A stretch of 64,000 bases of DNA from Macrostomum hystrix (Eukaryota > Animalia > Platyhelminthes), in the NCBI GenBank assembly GCA_950097015.1, contig CATNEN010000008.1, positions 1 to 64,000 on the forward strand, written 5' to 3'. This document shows positions 48,701 to 58,474 of the stretch, in pieces. Position 1 is the stretch's first letter; every line of letters begins with the position of its first letter. Under the pieces are notes generated by a model. The model saw only the letters and a program-made list of their open reading frames with translations, had not been told where the DNA came from and made no database searches. The position numbers and the translations under genes were made by a program.

Positions 48701-50483
48701 CTAACCAATCGAACCACCAGTTTCCCTACTATAGGACCTGTTTAGGACCTAATTAACGCTTTAGATGAAATTCTCTTAATGTAATTTGACAATTTCACTC
48801 GCTGCTATCCCACAGTCGGTCATAGTGCCGATGTTCTCAATGGCGCACAAGCTAGCAGTCGACGAGCCAGACCAGGCCCAGAAGCTGGAGAAGGTGCGCT
48901 CTCTGTGGGTTCAGAATGCCTACTTTCCCGAGGCGGTGACCCAGGCACTGGCTAGCGACTGTCAGGCCGCCTATGCCAGCTGGCGTCAGGACCGCCTAGC
49001 CGAGCCGGATCTGGCGCCCAGCGTGGCTCAGATTCGTGCTCAATGCCAGGCCCAGCGCGATGATCTGCAGCGTCAGCACGCTGAGTTTGAGCATCACCTG
49101 CGCGATCAGATTGATCAACAGCAGGCTAGGGTGCAGCAGCTCGTTGCTCAAGCTGCGGCAGCCACCGCCGCTGCAGCCGCCGCTGTAGCGGTCGCCACCC
49201 GCGTCGCCGCGTCTTCGTCCGCCTCCGCTGGCCCCGATATTGTCCCGCCAGTGTTAGGCAGCTCCAGCACTAGCAACAATCAGCTCTCTGGTGTGGCGTC
49301 AAATTTCGGCCCCAACAAACCAGGCGGCCTGTTGCCTCTGCCGGATCTGTCCAGACCGCCGCCCGGCTTCGCCCCCGGCGCCGCGGGACAGCCGCCAACC
49401 CAGCCGCAGCTCCCAACATCATCAGCGCTGACGCCATTGATGCTGAATCCGGCCCTGTCTAAGCCCGAGAAGCCGCAGGGGCCGTATTATCAGCAGCCGG
49501 CTAGCCTCATGGTGACTTTAATACCGTTGCACGCTACGGCGTACACCGAGCTGGACCCCGATCAGCTCATGCTGCCTGCCCGGCATCCAATCAGCGAGTT
49601 CATCCGCGCCGCTCTGGAGTCCTATTCAGCGCCGCCTTCGCACGACAGTCCCCGCGACTCTGAAGGCTGGGAACGCCTCGGCCTGTTCGAGTTCTATAAG
49701 GCCAAGGATCGGGCCAGGAAATCACTGCAAGCTGCCGCTGCTGATGCCGAAGAATCGCCCGATGGCAGCGGACAGAATCGAGTATTTCAACGCGATGACT
49801 GGCTAGAGGAGCGCGCCAGAGAGCGTCGTCCCAGAGACAGCAGTAACGGCTCCAGCGGTGGCGGTGGTGCCGGCTGCGGCGGCCAAGGCGGCCGGGGCCG
49901 GTCGCCATCCAGCCCGCCCGGTCGAGCCGGGCCAGGCGCCACCCTCGGCTTCATGTCTAGGCGAGCTCGCAGCATCGACAGCGGCGGCAGTCGGAGCCGC
50001 AGCGGCAGCCGGAGCCGGAGTCGCAGCCGTAGCGACAGTCGAAGCGACAGTCGGAGCAGCAGCCGGAGCCGCAGCGGCAGCCGTAGTCGCAGCCGCAGTC
50101 GAAGCCGTTCAGCTGATGCCGGCGGTGTCAGCGGCGTTGGAGCCGGAGGTCCGGACCGATCGCCTAGTCCGCCTTCCTTCACCTCGGCTGGTCGAGTCAA
50201 TCGTCTTTCGTCGTCGTCGGCCGCAGCTTCGTCTTCCGCTAACCGGATGCCCCGCGCTATCGGCGCATTAATTGTCGGTCCGCGTGGCGGCTTCGCTGGC
50301 CGAATGCAGCGATACGACCGGCCACAGCCGCCGGCGTCCGAGGATCGGCTCGGTCTGGGAGCCGAATCGGGCGGAGGCAGCGGTGAGCAGCAGCAGCGAA
50401 GTCGCGGCTCCTCAGATCCTTTCATGGCCTTCCGGGCGAGAATGTCGCGCGGCTATGTGGACTCAATGAAGTCGAAGGATTAA
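42752..50483 (+). CDS. CHERP: CHERP/SCAF6-like splicing factor (CID domain, Pro/Gln-rich, RS domain); exons 42752-43663 and 48816-50483, ~859 aa
   Basis: QSQTNLSAQ..LQPVVDSCTKENIVAAKNWV..RLHLIYLVNDLLHHC | VIVPMF..QKLEKVRSLW..AYF; PRDSEGWERLGLFEFYKAK; RS tract; C-terminal DPFMAFRARMSRGYVDSMKSKD. Phase-0 CAG|GTAAGC..CCCACAG|TCG junction. Confidence 0.87.
43780..44555. repeat. CT-rich composite minisatellite (CTGTCGGTTGTCTCCTCTTTATCCCCAATCTCCCC / GGTAGTCTTCCCATTATACCC)
   Basis: Two alternating ~40-bp units in the CHERP intron. Confidence 0.9.
45458..46921. repeat. 28-bp minisatellite ATCTGTGATGGAATGGGTCACTGCAATC
   Basis: About 52 copies. Confidence 0.97.
47385..47725. repeat. AG-rich ~18-bp degenerate repeat (GAGGAGAAAGATAAGAC)
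   Basis: Tandem purine-rich units with an internal 63-bp duplication. Confidence 0.85.
48655..48720 (-). pseudogene. tRNA-Arg(TCT)-like relic / SINE head
   Basis: Minus strand: TGGTTCGATTGG (A box), anticodon arm TTGGG-CTTCTAA-CCCGA, GAGTTCGAATCTC (T arm). No convincing acceptor stem; two further T-arm fragments at ~48588 and ~48640. Confidence 0.5.
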
Positions 50484-51077
50484 ACTTGATACCTTAGGGG
50501 CCAGCTTGTAGTTGTGCATCGGCCAGGCCTCCTTCTTTGGCATTTTTGTTTTGCTGCACTGAAAAAGTCTAAACGTTGTGTCTAAAAGTTAATTCTGTTG
50601 GACCTTCTATACTTGCGATTCGTTTTATTATTGAAATAGGCATTCTTTTACTCTCTGCTATCTATAGCGACTATGGGTTAGAATTGATTGACACTTGTGT
50701 AATGCACCTGTCTCCGTGTGTTTTTTCTCAATTCAAAATTTTGCTTTGAGTTGAGTCAATCAACTCATAAGCAGAAGTTAAATTTAAAATTTCACTTTGT
50801 TCCACTGCACTTGTTTTCTAAACAGTTTTTCTTAACGGAAAGATGATTTCCTGCTTCTCTGTCCAATGTCACTTCAATGTTTCCCATTTGTACTTTTTCG
50901 TGACACGTGTTAGCGTATGTTCCTGCTTTGTATATTTATTTTTAGTTGAGGCGTACAAGCTTCTAATATGAATATAAAATTTGCCTTTTATAATTATGAT
51001 TCAAATAAACTATGCTCTTTAGCTGTATGTAACTAAAAGTGTCACTGCTTTGCTGCGTTTCTTATTTTTGTGGACGA

Positions 51078-51815
51078 GACGTACTAAACTGTGTGACATG
51101 ACGTCCTTTAACAACCAAGTTGACGACGTACTAAACTGTGTGACATGACGTCCTTAAACAACCAAGTTGACGACGTACTAAACTGTGTTACATGACGTCC
51201 TTTAACAACCAAGTTGACGACGTACTAAACTGTGTGACATGACGTCCTTAAACAACCAAGTTGACGACGTACTAAACTGTGTAACATGACGTCCTTAAAC
51301 AACCAAGTTGACGACGTACTAAACTGTGTTACATGACGTCCTTTAACAACCAAGTTGACGTACTAAACTGTGTGACATGACGTCCTTAAACAACCAATTT
51401 GACGACGTACTAAACTGTGTTACATGACGTCCTTTAACAACCAAGTTGACGATGTACTAAACTGTGTGACATGACGTCCTTTAACAACCAAGTTGACGAC
51501 ATACTAAACTGTGTAACACGACGTCCTTTAACAACCAAGTTGACGATGTACTAAACTGTGTGACATGACGTCCTTTAACAACCAAGTTGACGATGTACTA
51601 AACTGTGTGACATGACGTCCTTTAACAACCAATTTGACGACGTACTAAACTGTGTTACATGACGTAATTTAACGACCGTGTGGACGACGTACTAAACTGT
51701 GTCATGACGTCTTTCAACAATCGTGTTGATGATGTACGAGCGTACTAAACTGTGTGACATGACGTCTTTCAAAAACCATGTGGAGTACGTACTAAACTGT
51801 GTGACATGACGACTC
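51078..51815. repeat. 47-bp minisatellite GACGTACTAAACTGTGTGACATGACGTCCTTTAACAACCAAGTTGAC
   Basis: About 16 copies, degenerating toward the right end. Confidence 0.95.
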
Positions 51816-52072
51816 TTGATCTACTTGATTCACTTCCACTTATCTCTTATAGGCTGTCGTCAACACGTTGGTTAAGTTCCTTTCTTGTAAACTGCCCGAC
51901 ACATAACAAAAAAGAAGAAATAAAAATAAAATTTAAATTTACGCCTGACTTGTCTGACTATTCAGTCTTTAGGTCTGATTAGTTGGCATTCTTTAATTAA
52001 CCGAAATTGCATACCTGCCAGCGAGCGTACAAGATAGAAGCCATGGGGTAAAAATAGACTCGTGTTCCGCAG

Positions 52073-52781
52073 CTGGTCGGCTTCCTTCTGAATGCTTCTT
52101 AGCCTGCCAAACACGTTATCCGCTAGAGACCACTGGGTAGCTGCGCAACTGAGGGATACCGCCCCATGAGGAACTCACTGCCTTCCCTAGAACTCACTGC
52201 CTTCCCTAGAAATCACTGCCTTCCCTAGAAATCACTGCCTTCCCTAGAATTCACTGCCCTCTCTGGTAGTCACTGCCTTCTCTCTGGGAACTCACTGCCT
52301 TCTCTCTGGGAACTCACTGCCTTCTATGGAAATCACTGTCAGAGTTATGTTGCAGAGTTTCATCAATCTCAAAATTTTTTGTCGATTCTGTATATCATTT
52401 TCTCAGGCAAGTGCCTTTGAGATTTCAAAGTTCTTTTTGCCTCATCTTATCTTATCGTTAGACATCACCTGGCAAAATTCTTCTATTTCCAGACGATTTG
52501 ACTTTCAAATGCGGCAGTTAAGCTGATTGTTCTGCGAATTGTGGTTAAGATTATTTCAGATTTACTAAATCTATAACACGCTTCTAAAGAAGCTGGTGAA
52601 AGATTTTATTAGAATAATCTCGTTCTCTTGCAGCTCAGATTGCACAGGACTTGGTAAAACCCTAACTAACGACAGCCAGGCTTGTGCACTTCCTAACCTT
52701 GACACTTTGAGTGAAAGACTTCAGTTTGTACTTTTACTGCTAATTTTATCCGTGCTAAGATTCATGCCGGCCTCCCTGTGA
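52073..52781 (+). CDS. Candidate last two exons (52073-52136, 52634-52781) of a small Cys-containing protein with hydrophobic C-terminus
   Basis: Acceptors GTTCCGCAG| and CTCTTGCAG| are phase-compatible: GRLPSECFLACQTRYPLETTG|SDCTGLGK..FVLLLLILSVLRFMPASL*. No start exon found and the donor is weak. Confidence 0.3.
52170..52335. repeat. ~19-20-bp repeat AACTCACTGCCTTCCCTAG
   Basis: About 8 copies. Confidence 0.85.
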
Positions 52782-53034
52782 CTTTCTTACGCCGATGATG
52801 AGACGACAGACGATGCGAAAACTTCCCTCCTGTGCTAGGTTTCCCTTAATGACAATCAACATTTTATCTCTTTGATTCCTTCTGGGGAGTTTAATTCACT
52901 ACCTTGATGATCCGCTTGACCAATTCCGTGCCCCACATGCCCGAATCCTCCTTTGGGATTTTGTTAGATAATTCTTGCCTTGGTGGGATTTTGTTAAGCC
53001 ATTTCGCGTCATCAGCTAGCAACTTTTCCCAGGG

Positions 53035-54036
53035 GATCAAATCCCAGATTATCCTTTGATCATCCTATGACCTATTGGATCCCATGATCCTATGATCATA
53101 TCCCAGATTATCCTTTGATCATCCTATGACCTATTGGATTCCATGATCCTATGATCATATCGCAGATTATCCCAGATTATCCTTATTGGATCATAGCCCA
53201 CATCCTGTAGAATCATATCCCACATCCTGTAGGATCCTGTCCCACATCCTGTAGGATCCTGTCCCACATCCTGTAGGATCATATCCCACATCCTGTAGGA
53301 TCCTGTCCCACATCCTGTAGGATCATATCCCACATCCTGTAGGATCATATCCCACATCCTGTAGGATCCTGTCCCACATCCTGTAGGATCCTGTCCCACA
53401 TCCTGTAGGATCCTGTCCCACATCCTGTAGGATCATACCCCACATCCTGTAGGATCCTGTCCCACATCCTGTAGGATCCTGTCCCACATCCTGTAGGATC
53501 CTGTCCCACATCCTGTAGGATCCTGTCCCACATCCTGTAGGATCCTGTCCCACATCCTGTAGGATCCTGTCCCACATCCTGTAGGATCATATCCCACATC
53601 CTGTAGGATCCTGTCCCACATCCTGTAAAATCATATCCCACATCCTGTAGGATCATATCCCACATCCTGTAGGATCCTGTCCCACATCCTGTAGGATCCT
53701 GTCCCACATCCTGTAGGATCCTGTCCCACATCCTGTAGGATCATACCCCACATCCTGTAGGATCCTGTCCCACATCCTGTAGGATCCTGTCCCACATCCT
53801 GTAGGATCCTGTCCCACATCCTGTAGGATCCTGTCCCACATCCTGTAGGATCCTGTCCCACATCCTGTAGGATCCTGTCCCACATCCTGTAAGATCCTGT
53901 CCCACATCCTGTAGGATCCTGTCCCACATCCTGTAGGATCCTGTCCCACATCCTGTAGGATCCTGTCCCACATCCTGTAAGATCCTGTCCCACATCCTGT
54001 AAGATCCTGTCCCACATCCTGTAAGATCCTGTCCCA
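53035..54036. repeat. 22-bp minisatellite CCCACATCCTGTAGGATCCTGT with degenerate left flank
   Basis: About 38 copies; source of the MWDRILQDVGQD pseudo-ORFs. Confidence 0.96.
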
Positions 54037-54469
54037 CTGGGAGTGACAAAGCCAGTCAACGTGCCAATTTTCATCGCGCTAGAAGCACGATTTGTTGTCT
54101 ATTTAATTTGACTCTTAATCGTCACATCTGCAATTCTTCATCATCAATTATATTTTTCGTGTCTTTTGTTTTATCGATAATGACAATATATTATATTCTA
54201 ATAATCCCGCATTCACACACTTTCAGCAAACTCAAGCGGTTTGAGAGCGTTTAAAGACAAAGTGCGTTTGCTTTGCTCATTCAATTACAGCAATGCATGA
54301 TCTTTTTTTTAAGAAAATGATTTTCTGAAAATAAATAAAGAAGAAAACGACATTAAAAGTGTAGAACATGATGTATGTACGACTAGCTGTAAAATATTAT
54401 CTGTAATATAGTAATATGTATTCTATAATTTGTAATATGGTTTCTCGTATAATCTGTATAATAATAAAT

Positions 54470-54786
54470 ATTATTATTAATATTTTTATTATTATTGATT
54501 ACACCTGCCCTAATTGGGCCAGATGTGCAGCCGACAGCACAGCCGCAGCTATTGCGCGGCGCATCTGAAGGCTGCGTACAGCTGTTCAGTCCATGGACTG
54601 GGGGGACGCCACACCCACCCTTAATTACCCCATCTAATGCTGGTACCCATTTAACAGCTGGGTGAACTGAAGCAATGCAGATTTAAGTATCTTTCTAAAG
54701 GACAAATTGTTCCGGTGGAGTCGAGAATCGAACCCCCGACCTTCCAGTCGTGAGTCTGACGCTCTAGCCACCATGCTACAACATCC
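54470..54786 (-). mobile_element. SINE family B copy directly 3' of the globin stop
   Basis: Reverse complement matches 27045-27350, including head and (ATT)n tail. Confidence 0.88.
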
Positions 54787-54827
54787 CCATAATCTGTAAT
54801 ATGCATCTGTCATCAGTCAGTTGTGAT

Positions 54828-55538
54828 TCACGGAGCCTCCTGGAATCCGGTGTACAACTCGCCGAGAATCCAGTCGATGGTCTTCTCGTAGATATTTTTC
54901 ATAGCGCCCGTGTACTTTTCGGCCAGGATGGCCTCCAGGGAGCCGAGGAACGGCTCCCGCATGAGCCAGAAGAATCGGGCCTCGAAGCCAACAAACTGTC
55001 GATGCGTCCTGGCTGTGCAGTGCAGCCTGGCCCGCACCAGGTCGTACTTGTCCAGGTTGACGATGGCGTCATCCAGGAGTCCCATCACCGTCGCCGCGTG
55101 CCTCTTCAAGTCGGGATTGTCCTTGGTCAGCAGGCCGTCGAGGCCGCCCTCGCCGCTCTCGACTCCGCCGAAGCGCTTGAAGATGGCAAGCAGGATTGGA
55201 TGCTGCTTGAACAGCAGCAGGAACATGTGCACCCCGGCTCGGTACACCCGGTCGTGAACGAAATTCCACGACGTCCACAGTTTGAAGATCTCCTGCTGGC
55301 TAAGGATGCACCTGTCGTCCCATTCTCGCTCTTCCTCTTTCACTTTGCAGTAGACCATGCGTTTCTCGGGCAGATTGTGACTGTCACCATTAGCAACGGC
55401 GGCAGCAGCAGCAGCGGCGGCTTGTTCGTCGTCAATGAGGTGTCTGTTGGTCTTGGTGTCGGTCCTTCCATTCATTTTCGGGCATTTCCTATTAGCTGTT
55501 ACTGTCTCGGCACTTTCGGTGGAGGAGGCGCAGCCCAT
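54828..55538 (-). CDS. Globin X-like N-acylated globin, single coding exon, 236 aa
   Basis: N-terminal MGCASS (myristoylation/palmitoylation pattern). Globin fold LSQQEIFKLWTSW..MFLLLFKQHP..F..LKRHAATVM (E7 His)..ARTHRQF (F8 His)..FWLMREPFL. Acceptor TTTATTTCTTAG| lies 4 nt before the ATG. Confidence 0.9.
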   Translation of the reverse strand: MGCASSTESAETVTANRKCPKMNGRTDTKTNRHLIDDEQAAAAAAAAVANGDSHNLPEKRMVYCKVKEEEREWDDRCILSQQEIFKLWTSWNFVHDRVYRAGVHMFLLLFKQHPILLAIFKRFGGVESGEGGLDGLLTKDNPDLKRHAATVMGLLDDAIVNLDKYDLVRARLHCTARTHRQFVGFEARFFWLMREPFLGSLEAILAEKYTGAMKNIYEKTIDWILGELYTGFQEAP

Positions 55539-55899
55539 TTTTCTAAGAAATAAAAGTATGATTTTATTTTTCTAGTAAAGAAAGAAAAGTCTTGGAATCA
55601 CTTGGGCAACAATTGTTTGCCGTGGCTGAATTTTATCCTAACAATTCTCTGCTACTGATTCGCTCGTTCACTCGTCACCTCTCAACTTTCATCCTGCTCT
55701 GCTCAAATTCCCTTTCCCACATGTTTCCCTTTCCTGACCAGCCCAATCATATTCTGTTGCCTGCCTTTTCTCCTCTCATTCTCCTCTCTTTCATGATTTC
55801 TTCGCTTAAAATTTAATGGTTCCCAATTTGTATTTTCTTTAAACTAATTCGCTCGCATAACAATATACCTCTGATTTTCATTTCATATCTGCTTTCATT

Positions 55900-56340
55900 T
55901 TCCTCAGTTGGGATCTTATCCCACTTCCACAATCAGATCTTTTCCCATTTATACTAATGGGATATTTTCCTATTTCTACCAATGAGATATTTTCCCATTT
56001 CTTCTGATGGGATCTTTTCCCATTTCTTCTGATGAGATATTTTCCCATTTCTTCTGATGAGATATTTTCCCACTTCTTCTGATGAGATATTTTCCCATTT
56101 CTTCGGATGGGATCTTTTCCCATTTCTACTGATGGGATCTTTTGCCCTTGTTATCTGATGGGATCTTTTCCCATTTCTACTGATGGGATCTTTTCCCATT
56201 TCTTCTGATGGGATATTTTCCCATTTCTACTGATGGGATATTTTCCCATTTCTACTGATGGGATTTTTTCCCATTTCTTCTGATGGGATCTTTTCCCATT
56301 TCTTCTGATGGGATATTTTCCCATTTCTAGTGATGGGATG
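55900..56340. repeat. 25-bp minisatellite GATGGGATCTTTTCCCATTTCTTCT
   Basis: About 17 copies. Confidence 0.93.
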
Positions 56341-57064
56341 ACTTTCGCTCAAGGGATAATTTCCTCCACTTAATTTATCTTTTAGCATCATAACCTCACC
56401 TGAGAAGTTTCTTTAAGTGAAGTCCATTAACCATTATCAGCATCCAGCCTCTCTGCCAGACAATAAATTCTGTCTATTCCTCTAACTTGGACAGATACCT
56501 TTTCGTCTAGTTCGCATTCTCCCTTACGGTTCTCCTTTAATTAGCAAAATTTACTACACAATGCGCTTTGAAGCACAATAGCAGACCCCGGGTCGCAGTA
56601 CGTTAGCACTAAAAGCAGAAATAGGCGGAAATGGAAGCGGAAAACCAATTCCTATCAGCGTTCATACAGCTTTTAGTCTGGCAAAGATAAAACACTAAGT
56701 TAGATCATGTGCTGCATTGTGGGGAGCACGCTACTAGTAGTTTCTGCTTCTCAACAAGAAAAAAGAGCCTCAAAATGTTTCTGAAAGACGGAACATTTCA
56801 TCTGAGATTATCGGCCAAGCTTATCGTTTACAAAGGTCAAGCTTGGCATTGTCTTTTTGAGTTCCTTCCTCATCTTCCTCGTGCAAGATGCCCCTGTGCA
56901 CTTTTACGGAGGGAAATTTCATGATGCTGAGTAGTTAAATTTTGTTCTCCTTTACTCGTAATCAAATATTTACCTTAGATGAAATTCGGCTTTTAACTGT
57001 ACGCCTAGTCGGCGCGAGTTTTATTTAAACCTCTTCTTATTTACTTTTCTCTGAGTCAAAGCTT

Positions 57065-57560
57065 TCAATTCAAAAACCTCGATTCTTAATCTCGAATCCC
57101 GATTCCTTATCCCAAACCCCGATTCTTAATCCCAAATCCCGATTCTAAATCCAAAATCCCGATTCTTAATCTCGAATCCTGATTCCTAATCCCAAATCCA
57201 GATTATTAATATTGAATCCTGATTTGTAATCCCAAATTCCGATTATTGATACCAAATTCCAATTCTGAGTCCCAAATTCCAATTCTGAGTCCCGAATTCC
57301 GATTGCTAGTCCCGAATTCCGATTGCTAGTCCCAAAGTCCGATTGTTAGTCCCGAATTCAAATTCTGAGTCCCGAATTCCGATTGTTAGTCCCGAATTCC
57401 GATTCTGAGTCCCGAATTCCGATTCTTAGTCCCAAAGTCCGATTCTTAGTCCCAAAGTCCGATTCTTAGTCCCAAAGTCCGATTGTTAGTCCCAATTTTG
57501 ATTATTAATCCTATATCCCGATTCTTCAATCTGTGAATCCAGATTCTAAATCCCGAATCC
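57065..57560. repeat. 20-bp degenerate minisatellite CCGATTCTTAGTCCCAAATT
   Basis: About 24 variably diverged copies. Confidence 0.88.
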
Positions 57561-58474
57561 CAATCTAATCCGTGATTCCCTTTATTCGAATGCAGATTTT
57601 CCTTATGCTAATCTTAACTCTCAAATTCTGAATCCCAGAGTCTCGTCGGTTTCGAGCAGTTTGTGAACTTAACCCTGCACTTTAAGCAGCCAAGTCGTGC
57701 AGCCAAGCCTGGCTGGTTTGCATGTCATCTGATGTTTCCTGTCAAATTTGGTCATGATTGAGAGCAGAATGTCACGTGATCTAGGCAAGGGGCTGTCACT
57801 ATGACTTATTTAACAAAGAAGAAAAATTTCTTTGACAGGTTGTTGGGTGAGTCGGGTGTGGTGCGACCTGTAATTTCATGGAGATAATTATGCATATTTG
57901 GCGAAAATGCGTATACTTTGGCAACTAATTATTGTTTCAAGTTCACACTTTCTAAGAAAACAATTTCTAAGAAAATCATATCATTAACAGCTGGTCACGA
58001 GCTGGCCAGACACTAATTCTATTTTTAGCTAGACAAATCAAGCAGATGGCCTCGATAAAATGCACTTAAACAGAACAAGACTAGACAATAAACAATTTCT
58101 TTCTTTTTAAAAACTGGTTAGGATACATTTTTGAAAGAACGTACGAGCCGAATATTGATTTTTTGAAAGAGCATTATCGAGCGTTTCAAAGACACTTTTG
58201 AATAAGCTGGGACCAGCAATTAGGCTTGGAAGAAGAAAAATAGGTTTCATTCGATTCTTCAATCTGCGTTGAGTGAACTCTGCCTGTCGTGACAATGTTA
58301 TAAGTGCCAAGTAAACTGGCTGGCAGGCCATAGTAGAAGTGAGTCTTAATATAAGATTCCTAATTTTATTTTAGTGTCTTTTTAAAATAAATTAACGAGC
58401 GCACATTGCCGAAACTGTTCTATTCGAAGTAGCTTTCTAATCAATACATCAGTTTATTTCTTCTGGTCTATTCT

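Noticed and set aside
49600-50469. Antisense and alternate-frame ORFs over CHERP exon 2
   Set aside because: Expected shadows of GC-rich RS-domain coding sequence.
51078-51815. CRE-like TGACGTC in each 47-bp unit as a regulatory array
   Set aside because: It is an imperfect site (TGACGTCC) downstream of CHERP, with no evidence of function.
57690-57900. Cluster of E-box (GTCACGTGAT) and POU-like (TAATTATGCATA) motifs 5' of the globin
   Set aside because: Short motifs are expected by chance; this cannot be supported without conservation or chromatin data.
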